NCBI GenBank assembly: GCA_036339465.1 | Contig: JAYZAY010000011.1 | Span: 64,001 to 128,000, forward strand | Reading direction: 5' to 3' | From: Myxococcota bacterium | Lineage (GTDB): Bacteria > Myxococcota > XYA12-FULL-58-9 > JABJBS01 | Length of the DNA: 64,000 nucleotides | Shown here: positions 20,482-30,535 of the stretch, in pieces | Layout of the letters: each line of letters starts with the position of its first letter | Numbering within the stretch: the first letter of the stretch is position 1 | Notes under the pieces: generated by a model | What the model was told of the DNA's origin: nothing | The model's database searches: none | The model's input: the letters and a program-made list of their open reading frames with translations, nothing else | Program-made: the position numbers and the translations under genes

Positions 20482-21612
20482 TTAGCCGTCGGAACCTAGA
20501 TGCTGGGGCGGATGATAGTCGACGAGTTCGACCGCCTCGGGCGCCAAATTCAATTCTATTGAGCGGCGCATGCCCTGGGCATCGCCTGAATGCTGAAAAG
20601 GAAAAGGCTGGTTAAGCTCGATTTTAACGTCTTTTACGAGAAAATCATGGAGTTTCTTTTGGTTGCGATACGCTCCTCGCCAAAGGGTTGGGAGTCTTCC
20701 GAGCGCGTTCAATGGTCCCATGCTTGCAATTCGCAATTGCATGTATCCAGGCATGATATTGGCGAATGGATAGGCTTTAAATCTATAGCCGAAGTAGGGT
20801 TGTGTTGCCGCACCCACCATGTGGGCACGGCCTTCCTAAAGTGTTGTTCCGGCTGGAAGGAGGATAGAGGCATCTCCCCTCCGCGAATCAACAAAGTACG
20901 CGTCCGAATGGGTGCTCACATTTACTTCCAGCCCAGAGTGCCCTGAGAGCATTCGAGGTACGGTCCGTGTGATGGCCGCAAACAGATAACCCAGGACCGA
21001 ATGCATCAGTGATTTCAATAAGGGATGGTTGGTGTTGTTTTTCATCCTATTGTAATCATTGAGAATGATGGAATCGTATCCAAGGCCAGCCAGAAAGCAG
21101 TATTGGCCTCCCACATCGATCATGGGAAGATAGTGGCTCCGACCTGGAACGAGGCTGACCAAGCGCTTGAGGTCTTTTAGGGGATGTCTGGCTCCCACCA
21201 CCGGTGCAATGCCATTGCCGGTTCCAAGCTTCAAGAAAGCAAACCGAGGCATCGGAAGTAATTGTTGGGAATTGCCAAACTTTTCGGATTGCGAAAGTCT
21301 CCAGCGGTTGGCTTCATCGACATATTTTCGGATAAAATTGATGGTACCAGTGAGGGTTCCATCTCCGCCGCCACATGCAACCGTTCCGTACCCTTTTTGG
21401 ACCAATTCTCTGGATATTGCTTCTGCCTCATCTAGGCTGGCGGAATAAAAGACATTGTCTGATCCCACGATGCCCCTGCAGCGGCCCACCAGGTCTTTTG
21501 TGACCAATCGGGCGTTCTGGTTGAGGATCACCGCAACTTTTTCCCGGTTGACCGTTTGATAATGTGGCTGTTCTGGAAAGGATTTATCAGAGGAAATATT
21601 GTGAATATGCAT
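20482..21612 (-). pseudogene. Diacylglycerol-kinase-family lipid kinase with in-frame TAG at 20836-20838
   Basis: ILNQNA, GGGDGT, LKLGTGN, AGLGYDS in the upstream ORF. The downstream ORF is in the same frame (ATQPYFGY...FQHSGDAQG). Start MHIHN follows a GGAG SD. Confidence 0.75.
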
Positions 21613-21686
21613 ACTCCGCCCTCTGCCGTTGGGTGTTTTTATACTGATTGGACAATCCATGAGTTCTTTGGCACAGCCACGCAACA

Positions 21687-21702
21687 TGCAGAAATCATGC
21701 CA
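21687..21702 (-). promoter_or_regulatory. Putative sigma54 (-24/-12) promoter for the DAG-kinase-like gene
   Basis: Minus strand TGGCATGATTTCTGCA (GG-N10-GC), about 75 bp upstream of the ATG. Confidence 0.55.
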
Positions 21703-21850
21703 TAAATAACCAAGAAGATAGGCACGAAACCGCAATAATACCGATGGTATACGTTTCTGCCTGTGTCACTTTTTTAATAGCGCAATCGATCCGCGTAATC
21801 GAATGCGCATTTTTTTTCCTTCACTGGCAGATCATTACGCACTTTAAAGA

Positions 21851-22495
21851 CTATTTGGGGACTTGCTCCCAGTCAGCGAGAAATTTTTCGAGTCCGTGGG
21901 CAGTTAGGGGATGTTCTACGAGCTGCTTGAGGACTTTGAATGGAATAGTTGCGGCATGTGCTCCTGCAAGGGCAACATCCACGACCTGTCTCGGGCTACG
22001 TATACTCGCGGCCAGAACCTGCGTGCTAAAAAGATGGATGTCAAATATGGTTACCAATTCATGAATGAGGGTCATGCCTACGCTCGAAACATCGTCGAGT
22101 CGACCGATGAAGGGTGAGAGATAGGTGGCACCAGCCTTTGCTGCTAAAAGTCCCTGGGCACCAGAGAAGCACAAAGTTACGTTGGTTTGGATGTTCTCCT
22201 GAGATACAACCCTGACTGTTTTTAACCCTTCCGTCGTAAGGGGGATTTTTACCACAATATTTGGATCTATATCGGCCAACGTACGTGCTTCTGGAATCAT
22301 TTTATCTGCATCGACCTCTATACATTCTGCGGAGATCGGCCCATCGACAATACCGCAAATTTCGAGAATGACTTCGTCAAAATTGCGACCAGATTGGGCG
22401 ATTAGAGAAGGGTTGGTCGTAACGCCATCGATGATCCCCCATGAATTTGCTTCGCGGATCTCGTCTAGGTTGGCTGAATCAATGAAAATCTTCAT
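21851..22495 (-). CDS. Transaldolase / fructose-6-phosphate aldolase family (short form)
   Basis: [22 protein letters not shown] (Schiff-base Lys), [22 protein letters not shown]. Confidence 0.93.
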   Translation of the reverse strand: MKIFIDSANLDEIREANSWGIIDGVTTNPSLIAQSGRNFDEVILEICGIVDGPISAECIEVDADKMIPEARTLADIDPNIVVKIPLTTEGLKTVRVVSQENIQTNVTLCFSGAQGLLAAKAGATYLSPFIGRLDDVSSVGMTLIHELVTIFDIHLFSTQVLAASIRSPRQVVDVALAGAHAATIPFKVLKQLVEHPLTAHGLEKFLADWEQVPK

Positions 22496-22761
22496 ACCGA
22501 TGCCTCCCAAGCAGGTGATTGTATTATCAACAGGTTTTAGGCAATAGCGAGGGGCTAGAGCCGATGTCAACAATGAGTACCACATGACGAATCTCTAGAG
22601 AACCTATTGTCAATGATCTGTTCCTTCCCTATGTAGCTGACTTGCTTTAGCATTCTTGGGTAAACACTCTTGACAATTGAAGCTACTGTCCACTACAAGG
22701 CGCCTCCCGCAAGGGTGTGTTGTCCAATGGCGATTCGCCAATGGCATTGGAGGTATGAGAT

Positions 22762-23070
22762 ATGTTCGCAGTTATTCGAACGGGTGGAAAACAACACCGA
22801 GTCATTTCTGGTGAGCGTTTGAAAATCGAGAAATTAGTGGGTGATGTGGGTGCAGAATTCGCATTTGATGACATCCTGATGGTTGGTGGTGAGGAGCTGA
22901 AGATTGGGCAGCCTCTGGTCGAGGGTGCCAGTGTCAAAGCGAAGATTGTCGCCCATGGCCGAGGTAAGAAGCTCAAGGTCTTCAAGAAGAAGCGTCGTAA
23001 AGGCTTCCATAAAATGATTGGTCACCGTCAGTCTTTCACTGAAGTAGAAATTACAGAGATTTCTGCATAA
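22762..23070 (+). CDS. rplU: 50S ribosomal protein L21
   Basis: MFAVIRTGGKQ, IGHRQ. Confidence 0.98.
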   Translation: MFAVIRTGGKQHRVISGERLKIEKLVGDVGAEFAFDDILMVGGEELKIGQPLVEGASVKAKIVAHGRGKKLKVFKKKRRKGFHKMIGHRQSFTEVEITEISA

Positions 23071-23101
23071 AGGTACTCGAATAGAAAGGTAGGTTACTTC
23101 C

Positions 23102-23371
23102 ATGGCGCATAAAAAAGGTCAGGGTTCAACCCGTAACGGTCGAGATTCTAATCCAAAATACCGTGGCGTGAAGCGTGCTGATGGTATGCTGGTTAAAGGC
23201 GGCAATATTCTAGTTCGCCAATTGGGAACCAAGATTCATCCAGGACAAGAAGTTGGTATGGGTAAAGACTTTACTCTTTTTGCTAAGGTGGATGGTGTGG
23301 TGCATTATAAGCAGAGCAAGGGACGTACGGTTGCGGTTGTCACGCCTGTGGACATGGCAGAACGCGCGTAA
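23102..23371 (+). CDS. rpmA: 50S ribosomal protein L27
   Basis: [25 protein letters not shown]. Confidence 0.98.
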   Translation: MAHKKGQGSTRNGRDSNPKYRGVKRADGMLVKGGNILVRQLGTKIHPGQEVGMGKDFTLFAKVDGVVHYKQSKGRTVAVVTPVDMAERA

Positions 23372-23413
23372 GCTTAATTCCTCTTTTTCTTTCCTTTATC
23401 GACTGTTTTCAAG

Positions 23414-24487
23414 ATGGCATATAAATTTGTTGACGAGGTCCGCGTGCATGTTCGCTCGGGCAATGGTGGCGCTGGTTGCGTTTCTTTCCGACGTGAGAAA
23501 CACGTGGAATTCGGTGGTCCCGATGGTGGCAACGGTGGTCGCGGAGGCGATGTCATTGTCACGGTTGACCCTCAACGATCAACCCTTCTAGACTATAAAT
23601 TCAAACCGAAGCATTTTGCAGAGAACGGATGTGCTGGCGAAGGTAACCAATGTAGTGGCCGAGATGGTAAGCCAGTTATTCTCTATGTACCTAAAGGAAC
23701 CGTGGTCTATAACGATGAGACCGACGAGGTTTTAGCGGACCTGTGCGATGCTTCGGATTCGCTTTCCCTACTGACCGGTGGTCGTGGCGGAAAAGGAAAT
23801 GAACATTTCAAATCATCTACTCGACAGGCACCACGCTTTGCTCAACCGGGGGAGGATGGTGCGGAGTTATCGCTTCGCTTGGAGTTAAAATTATTGGCCG
23901 ATGTCGGGCTCATTGGTATGCCAAGTGTAGGTAAATCCTCTCTAATCTCTCGAATTTCAGCTGCGAAACCGAAAATTGCAGATTATCCTTTCACAACGCT
24001 AACCCCGAATTTGGGGGTGGTACAGTTCGGGATTGCGCAGCACTATGTTGTGGCTGATGTGCCTGGATTGATTCCGGGGGCTCATGAAGGGGCGGGGCTG
24101 GGCAGTCGCTTTTTGAGACATGTCGAGAGAGTCAGTATTTTGGTGCATCTCATAACGATCACCGAGGAGGAACCGGGTCGAGATCCCATCGTGGACTTTG
24201 AATGTATTGAGCGAGAGCTTGCTTTACATGAAGAAGAACTCACTAGAGTTACTCGAATCTTGGTGCTTAATCGAATGGATTTGCCCCATGTTGCTCACAA
24301 TGCAAAAACCGTTGCCGATTATGCCTCAGAAAAAGACCTACCATACTTTGCTGTTTCTGCAGCTACAGGGGAGGGGCTCGTAGAATTGGTTAATTATTTG
24401 GGGGAAGTGGTTTCACGTCACAAAGAAAACGAGTCTAGTGAAGGTAAGTTCTCAGCTCATAGGGGAACTTTGAAGCGTGGCGACTAG
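23414..24487 (+). CDS. obgE: GTPase ObgE
   Basis: FVDE, GGPDGGNGGRGG, ELKLLADVG, IADYPFTTL. Confidence 0.98.
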   Translation: MAYKFVDEVRVHVRSGNGGAGCVSFRREKHVEFGGPDGGNGGRGGDVIVTVDPQRSTLLDYKFKPKHFAENGCAGEGNQCSGRDGKPVILYVPKGTVVYNDETDEVLADLCDASDSLSLLTGGRGGKGNEHFKSSTRQAPRFAQPGEDGAELSLRLELKLLADVGLIGMPSVGKSSLISRISAAKPKIADYPFTTLTPNLGVVQFGIAQHYVVADVPGLIPGAHEGAGLGSRFLRHVERVSILVHLITITEEEPGRDPIVDFECIERELALHEEELTRVTRILVLNRMDLPHVAHNAKTVADYASEKDLPYFAVSAATGEGLVELVNYLGEVVSRHKENESSEGKFSAHRGTLKRGD

Positions 24488-24517
24488 AGAATAGCATCAC
24501 GATTTACTTATGACTCA

Positions 24518-25297
24518 CTAGTTTAGAGAAATGGCTCTGGGGAGTTCAGCCAAGAGCTTTTCGCATTCTTGATGCCATAGTTCCATGGATTGTTTGAGGA
24601 AAAAACTCGCTTCCTCATAATCGTCCATTGCTTCTTGCAGAATTTTTGACGCTTCCTGATAGCGACCTTCATCAATCAAGCCCCGCCCGAGAAGGGTCTT
24701 GTGTTTCACCCGTGGAGATTCCTCGACCAGTTTTTCGAGTGTTCTGAGCATTAAATCCCCGTTTTCCAGTTTGTGATACACGGCGGCGAGGTCTAACCAC
24801 GGGTCGTATTCTCGAAATGAGGGATCAATTTCTATCAATTGTGAAAAGCATCTACGGGCACGTTCAAAATCCCCTTTTTGAACGAGGGCTCGTCCAAACC
24901 AATAGATTGCTTCTGAATCAGTTCGGTCGAGGGAAATACACGTCTCGAAGACACCGATACTTTCTTCCAGTCTATTGGCTCCAAGAAGCGCTTTTCCGAG
25001 TTTAATTTGGTTTTGTAGGCTAGGGGTTTCTTTGACCTCCTGGCGGAGCTTGCCAAGGGGTTCGGTATCAGGTTGAGACAGCCCCGAATCGCCGCTTCCC
25101 GAGGCGGCGGGCACAGTGGACTGCATACCCAGGAACTGAGGTAGGACCGCAAATAGAAAGTAAATTAACGCGCCCCAAGGAATAAATATGATGATCAGAT
25201 ACCAAAATAGATCTGCTTTTTGACGATAGGCATGAAACAACATCCAAACATGAAAAATAATAACGAGTGTAACTACGAGTGCATTCACGAGTACCAA
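24518..25297 (-). CDS. Membrane-anchored tetratricopeptide repeat protein
   Basis: Two N-terminal hydrophobic helices (W..II..P.GALIY) followed by TPR-like helical repeats. Confidence 0.7.
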   Translation of the reverse strand: MVLVNALVVTLVIIFHVWMLFHAYRQKADLFWYLIIIFIPWGALIYFLFAVLPQFLGMQSTVPAASGSGDSGLSQPDTEPLGKLRQEVKETPSLQNQIKLGKALLGANRLEESIGVFETCISLDRTDSEAIYWFGRALVQKGDFERARRCFSQLIEIDPSFREYDPWLDLAAVYHKLENGDLMLRTLEKLVEESPRVKHKTLLGRGLIDEGRYQEASKILQEAMDDYEEASFFLKQSMELWHQECEKLLAELPRAISLN

Positions 25298-25402
25298 CCT
25301 ATTGACGATGATAGAGACAGTGTTCAGCGAGCCTTCTCTGCCTAGTCTTAACCATAAATGATTTTACAAAAATTGACCACACTTCATATGAATCTTGGCG
25401 CT

Positions 25403-25819
25403 TCAAGAGAGTTCCGCAACAATCTTCGGTGCCAGTGACTCTCCTTCAGTTGGTGACAAAGAGCCCGAAGGCCACCCAACCCCCAAACCTTGAGTGGAGT
25501 TCGGTTTGGGAATTATATGAAAATGTACGTGCATGACAGCCTGGTGGGCCCCTATTCCGTTGTTTTGTAGGAGGTTGTACTCCCTGATGCCCGTGGCTTT
25601 AGACACGGCTTTACAGAGCCGCGGCAAAACTCGGCCGAGCTCAGCTGCAGCATTTTCAGAGAGATCTTCAAGCTTTTCTACTGCCTCTTTAGGTATGACC
25701 AAAGTATGTCCGGGACTGACGGGATTAATGTCTAAGAAAGCCAAGACATGATCATTTTCAAATAATTTGTGGCACGGTAATTCACCGCGAATGATTTTAC
25801 CAAAAATGGTATCAGCCAT
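25403..25819 (-). CDS. HIT family nucleotide hydrolase
   Basis: TIFGKII, AFLDINP..PGHTLVIPK, HVHFHIIP. Confidence 0.95.
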   Translation of the reverse strand: MADTIFGKIIRGELPCHKLFENDHVLAFLDINPVSPGHTLVIPKEAVEKLEDLSENAAAELGRVLPRLCKAVSKATGIREYNLLQNNGIGAHQAVMHVHFHIIPKPNSTQGLGVGWPSGSLSPTEGESLAPKIVAELS

Positions 25820-25877
25820 TTGGAACCTCTTTTCTCGAAACTTCATGTTCTATATCTATAGGGGGGCTATTTGGGGA

Positions 25878-26585
25878 TTAACTGTGTTGATCCCATAATT
25901 TTTCAGCTATAAAGCCATGACTTAATAGGATGCTTTTCCCCTCTGTTGTGAGTAGGCCCCGTCGCTGAAACTCAGAAAGGACCCTTGAAACAGTTTCCCG
26001 TGAAGTACCAATCATTGACGCGAGATCTTGTTGTGTCGGCCTTTTGGGGATCAAGATGGTGGTGTCTTCCTGTTCTACTCCATCGGTTTTTGCCATTTCT
26101 ATGAGTACTCTAGCAAGGCGACTGTAGACGTCGAGAAGTCCAAGGTTTCCGATTATTTCACTTGAACGGCGGAGACGTGCGCTCATCTCTGTAATAATAT
26201 TCAGGGAAGTCATTGGGTGCTTCTTGAGGTGGGCGATGAAATCGGTTCGGCGAAGCTGCAAGAGAATGGTTTTTTCCATGGTCTCGATGGTTGCGGAACG
26301 AGGTTGCCCGTCGATTAGACTCATTTCCCCAAAAAAATCTCCGAGCTTGAAGATTGTTAGAATCATCTCGCGGTCAGATTCCTCCGTTTGAACGGTAACT
26401 TTGACTCGGCCTTCTGCAACGACGTAGAGAGAGTCGCCCTGGTCATGTTGGCGAAAAACCAATGTATCTTTCTTCAGTCTGAGGGTTTGAACCACAGCAG
26501 TGAGCTCTAGTAACTCCGCATCCTGTAGGTCACGGAAAATGCTCACGTTTTTAAAGAGGTCGGTGGCATTGATTTTAGTCCTCAT
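25878..26585 (-). CDS. Crp/Fnr family transcriptional regulator with cNMP-binding domain
   Basis: FFGEMSLIDGQPRSAT phosphate-binding cassette; HTH QQDLASMIGTSRETVSR. Confidence 0.93.
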   Translation of the reverse strand: MRTKINATDLFKNVSIFRDLQDAELLELTAVVQTLRLKKDTLVFRQHDQGDSLYVVAEGRVKVTVQTEESDREMILTIFKLGDFFGEMSLIDGQPRSATIETMEKTILLQLRRTDFIAHLKKHPMTSLNIITEMSARLRRSSEIIGNLGLLDVYSRLARVLIEMAKTDGVEQEDTTILIPKRPTQQDLASMIGTSRETVSRVLSEFQRRGLLTTEGKSILLSHGFIAEKLWDQHS

Positions 26586-27250
26586 GGCGTTTGTTCACTT
26601 CCTATCGTAATTTTCGAATCAACAGGTTTTGGTGGTGTAGGCGTCTCATCTATAAGATTTTCATGTTGTGTATCTGTTTCAGTGGCTTGATTTTTTGAGG
26701 TACCAATCCGAGCCCGCGGTTCGATGGATTTATCAAGTCGTATGCTGGCTTCTTCGCACCTTTTTCGCACTTGGGCTGAAACATCAGTTTTTGCCAGCTG
26801 TTTAAGCAGTCTTAGATTTGAATAATCTCTATAACCCAAGAGTTCACATGCGGCACCCCGTACGCTGGCTTCCCGGTGTTTCAATAGGTGAATGGTTGCG
26901 CTTGGTACGGCCTGTTTTTCTCTTGCTTCTTGATACCTACTGTATTCTTGCTGGATTAGAGCAGTGAGAAAGACGGCAGCAAAGCCTATTTGTGCAAGGG
27001 CCCGAATCAACGGGAAGCGTCCCATTTTCACGAGTACTAAGCGATCGATGGCATACATGAAGACGAATACCACAAAGGCAATGGGAGCGAGAATCGCCTT
27101 TGTGACCGAGAGATCCCAGGTGCTCACAGCCTCCCAAACTACGTCAGACAGGAAAAAACTACTACCAGCACTGAGTACGAGCATCGCGTAAAGTGCCAAG
27201 TGTAGGTTATGCCGGTCCTTGACTCGATTTTTGAGGATTTTATTCCTCAC
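26582..27250 (-). CDS. Membrane protein with C-terminal HEAT-like repeat, coupled to the crp-like gene
   Basis: Three hydrophobic segments, LLKHREASVRGAACELLG; 4-bp overlap with the crp-like start. Confidence 0.6.
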   Translation of the reverse strand: MRNKILKNRVKDRHNLHLALYAMLVLSAGSSFFLSDVVWEAVSTWDLSVTKAILAPIAFVVFVFMYAIDRLVLVKMGRFPLIRALAQIGFAAVFLTALIQQEYSRYQEAREKQAVPSATIHLLKHREASVRGAACELLGYRDYSNLRLLKQLAKTDVSAQVRKRCEEASIRLDKSIEPRARIGTSKNQATETDTQHENLIDETPTPPKPVDSKITIGSEQTP

Positions 27251-27339
27251 TCTAGTTCTCCCATTCTTCTGGAAAGATTGCGGCAGCTTTTTGGCCTTGA
27301 TGAAGCCCCGCGTTTCGAAAAGGGCATTTCTCAGCCACA

Positions 27340-27760
27340 GTCTTGCAATAATACGTATTTAGTGTCCCTTATACGAATATTCAAGACCAGAAAGCAACGT
27401 TGTTGGATTGATTCCTGGTAACCATAATCAAAGGGAGATTTCTTGTTGTTAGAGGGGAAGCATCACAATCTTGGAGCAGTTGATAGTTTCCTGAATGGTC
27501 TCTATTTTCCTTGCTTCTCTAAGGCTTTAACGAAATTGGCCGAATGGGTGGCAGTACGCTCACACCCACATAGTGACAGACCCAGTTTACAGCTCGGTCT
27601 ATTTGACCTTTTTGATTTCGAGCAAGAGAAAATTAGAATTCATCCGTGTTTGGGGCAGGAATGGATCCCTAGATACTGCGTTCGTTGGGTTGTCTGTCAT
27701 GAAATACGCCATGAAGTGTAGGTTGTGGAGAGAGTGAGGGTACGATTATTGTCTTAGGTA
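27340..27760 (+). pseudogene. Decayed SprT/M48-like metallopeptidase remnant
   Basis: GKHHNL...LNGLYF, LQLG...IRIHPCL..EWIPRY.VRWVVCHEIRH (HExxH), followed at once by a stop; the upstream part is also broken by stops. Confidence 0.55.
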
Positions 27761-27878
27761 AGTGATTTTGGGTTGTTAGAAGAAACCTATCCCGTAGATG
27801 AGTGGAGTGAAGCATGGGAGTCCCAGAATTTTTTCCCGGTGATTGATTGGCAGAGAGTATCGGCGGAGAAGAGTTGTG

Positions 27879-29204
27879 ATGAAGGAAAGACAAAAGATGT
27901 TGGGTACCCAAAACGGAAAATGGATTTTGATTTGCCTTGGAACAGTCGTGGCTTCGGTTCCAACTATGAGTTTGAGTGAATCGCGAAGTTCCCTTGAGCA
28001 ATATCAGATTCAATTACCAGAGGTTCCTATTCGCTATGAGCCCTTAAGAAGAGCGGCTCTGGGTTCAAGAGCGATTTTACCTCTCCGGGCGGTCGAGGTC
28101 AAAGACCGTAAGGCTATGAGAAACTGGCTAGATTTGTTGGCCCAATATCACGGGAAATACGGCGGCTTGAGTCCTATGGATAAGGAGCAATTAAAGTTCT
28201 TTATGAATAAGACGGAGCAGTGGTCCAGCCAATTAATGAAGACGGTTTACTGCGATGGGCGTAGTATTGTTAGAGCGTTAGTCAATGAGCTCAAAGCGGA
28301 CAGGCAATATTATCAGAATACGAATTATAGGATGGAGAACCAGCAACCTGAAAAAGTACTCACCCATCCAGACTATGTATCCGTAGCAGCCGTCTTGTCA
28401 GTCGAGGAAGAGTGCTTACCCATAGGATTACGGAGTATTGCTTCGTATTTGGTAGGAATCTATCTCACAAAATCCAGGCGGTATGATGCAGCCCAAAAGG
28501 CATGGCTCCGGACCATGAACTACGGGGAGTCGGTTGTTGCGACAGAAACGGCTTTTCGATTGGGGCTTTTGGCGCTTCGTTCGGGTCAATTTGATGAAGC
28601 CGCCCGTTGGCTTCGTGTTGTTCAACAGGGACCGTATCGAACGGATGCGCTACTGGGAGTGGCTTGGGTTGATGCCCAGCGGGGGAACTGTGATGGCGTT
28701 TTAAATGCAGCGCAGGAGTTTGAGCAAACAAATACACAGGAAGAGGTGGGTCGTCTTATCGGGCCACAGCTTGTTGAACTGGTGGTGCACTGTGCGGCTT
28801 ATCAAATTTCGACTAAGCGTGTTATGGCAGCTTTACCGAGCTATAGAGGTGCGGTTGAAAAAGGACTACGTGAGTTAGAGGGGCAGCGTGCAAAGAAGCC
28901 TTTGAGGATTCTACTGTCGGATGATCTTCAGAGATGTTATTCACAGGTTGTTTGGAAGCTTGGGGATACTCCAAGTTTACACATTGATGTTCTTCTGAGG
29001 GGTGGTCTTCCCGAATTAGCATTGTCTTCGGAGTCTAAGCACTTGGTTGGTACTGAAGCTCAGAAAGCCGTTTTGGAGCAGATCCAGAGTTGCCTTCTCC
29101 GTAGAATCGATTTTTCTTGGCCCACAGACAGTCGAAATTTTCAGCTTGAAGTCATTCTTCGCCGGCCTCCGGATTTTATGGACCAGCGGCTTAGTGAGCG
29201 TTAG
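27879..29204 (+). CDS. Secreted/periplasmic TPR-containing hypothetical protein
   Basis: N-terminal hydrophobic stretch; TPR-like segments (AFRLGLLALRSGQFDEAARWL, ALLGVAWV). Start uncertain. Confidence 0.55.
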   Translation: MKERQKMLGTQNGKWILICLGTVVASVPTMSLSESRSSLEQYQIQLPEVPIRYEPLRRAALGSRAILPLRAVEVKDRKAMRNWLDLLAQYHGKYGGLSPMDKEQLKFFMNKTEQWSSQLMKTVYCDGRSIVRALVNELKADRQYYQNTNYRMENQQPEKVLTHPDYVSVAAVLSVEEECLPIGLRSIASYLVGIYLTKSRRYDAAQKAWLRTMNYGESVVATETAFRLGLLALRSGQFDEAARWLRVVQQGPYRTDALLGVAWVDAQRGNCDGVLNAAQEFEQTNTQEEVGRLIGPQLVELVVHCAAYQISTKRVMAALPSYRGAVEKGLRELEGQRAKKPLRILLSDDLQRCYSQVVWKLGDTPSLHIDVLLRGGLPELALSSESKHLVGTEAQKAVLEQIQSCLLRRIDFSWPTDSRNFQLEVILRRPPDFMDQRLSER

Positions 29205-30535
29205 AGCGTTAGAGTTAGACCGGACAAAAGCATCCCGGGAAGCTCCATGGAGCTTGTAGAGCGGCGATGGTAGGTACTGGAGTCAAATAGACGCTCTGTG
29301 GATTTTGTCAGATTTACGAGATTTTCTCCGAGCATCCTAAAGAGTGAATCGTCGAACCTCATAACATTCAGAGGGGCGCGTATCCTTCCACCTTCGACCC
29401 AGAAAGTTGCAAAACGCGTCATCCCTGTCATCCGGCAGTTATTCCGATCGGAAAAATTCAAGTACCACAGATTCGAGATGTAGAGGCCCGTATCAAGTTC
29501 GGACAAAATCTCAGATTCTTCTAAGGTGCCGCCATCAATCCTTAATGAATCTGGGTGTTCGTGATTTTCAGCGCCATTTGTATCTACGCCGTACTCTTGT
29601 GCCGAACGTGGGGATGTTAGGGCTGTTCCGAATTGACCTGCATGAATTAAATCAATTTTGTTCTGTTTGAGGAACCCAAAGGAGTTAAATCGCGGAGAAA
29701 CACCGCTCTCACTCTCTTCTCGTATGTTTATCCTAGAGTCGAGATTCTTCTCACCGTTAACCATTTTTAGCAAACTGCTTGTTTTGGTCTCGATGGACTT
29801 TTTGGAAAAGGAGCCCCATTTTAAGAGCCCACATATTTCCGATACTGCTTTGGGAGTGAGAAAAACTCGATACGTTCCTGGTCTGATGGTCTTTTGTGGC
29901 GCCTTGAGGAGGGATAATCGTTCCTGAGTTTTCCGTAGCTTGGATTCTAGGATTTCTTCATTCCACTCGAAGCCTGCATATCCTCCCTTCGCTGCTTTAT
30001 CACTGTGACTGAAAATACTCCAATCAAAATTAAAACTCGGCTGAGAGAACCAGTTTTTTTGGCCCAGTGAGTTTGCAAAGCCGGTGAATATTTCACCATG
30101 AGCGAGGATTCCGACCAAGTCATACTCTTCATTCAGGCACGTTATACGCCCAATTGCTTCGTGAATTGGTGGAAGTGCGGATTTCTTTTCGTAGTAAGTG
30201 GATTTTGCCTGAGTATTGTAATTAAGAAAAGGGTCGTCAGGTAAGAAGGATAGGCGAGTTGTCAGTGCTTGTAGGAGCTTGCTCAACCGTTGAAGGTCTA
30301 AATTGGGATTTCCGCAAAGAGTTATCGTCGCTTCCGCAATTTTTTGACCCGAGATAAGCTTTAGGCTTATCTCAAATTGTTCAACTGTTCCGGATTGTCG
30401 CACCTTACCGTGGTTAAATCTGACGAAGTTAGAGACCTCTCCGTGAATTGATGCCAAAAGTGTTTGTTCGGTCCCAATTGCCTTTTGAAGTGTTTGGAAG
30501 AGTTCAAAAAAATAAGTTTCGGGTCCGTGGGTCAT
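29201..30535 (-). CDS. TldE/PmbA-family protein
   Basis: GEVSNFVRFN, PGTYRVFLTP, GLYISNLWYLN, TGMTR; no HExxH; 4-bp overlap with tldD. Confidence 0.85.
   Translation of the reverse strand: MTHGPETYFFELFQTLQKAIGTEQTLLASIHGEVSNFVRFNHGKVRQSGTVEQFEISLKLISGQKIAEATITLCGNPNLDLQRLSKLLQALTTRLSFLPDDPFLNYNTQAKSTYYEKKSALPPIHEAIGRITCLNEEYDLVGILAHGEIFTGFANSLGQKNWFSQPSFNFDWSIFSHSDKAAKGGYAGFEWNEEILESKLRKTQERLSLLKAPQKTIRPGTYRVFLTPKAVSEICGLLKWGSFSKKSIETKTSSLLKMVNGEKNLDSRINIREESESGVSPRFNSFGFLKQNKIDLIHAGQFGTALTSPRSAQEYGVDTNGAENHEHPDSLRIDGGTLEESEILSELDTGLYISNLWYLNFSDRNNCRMTGMTRFATFWVEGGRIRAPLNVMRFDDSLFRMLGENLVNLTKSTERLFDSSTYHRRSTSSMELPGMLLSGLTLTL

Noticed and set aside
14718..20838. Alternative genetic code or selenocysteine/pyrrolysine explaining the two in-frame stops
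   Set aside because: The stops differ (TGA and TAG), both codons end conserved genes at normal lengths here (prs TGA, rplI TAG), and I saw no SECIS-like context.
21669..21735. Plus-strand sigma54-like motifs TGGCACAGCCACGCA and AGGCACGAAACCGCA
   Set aside because: GG-to-GC spacing is 9 rather than 10 bp, and no plus-strand gene follows.
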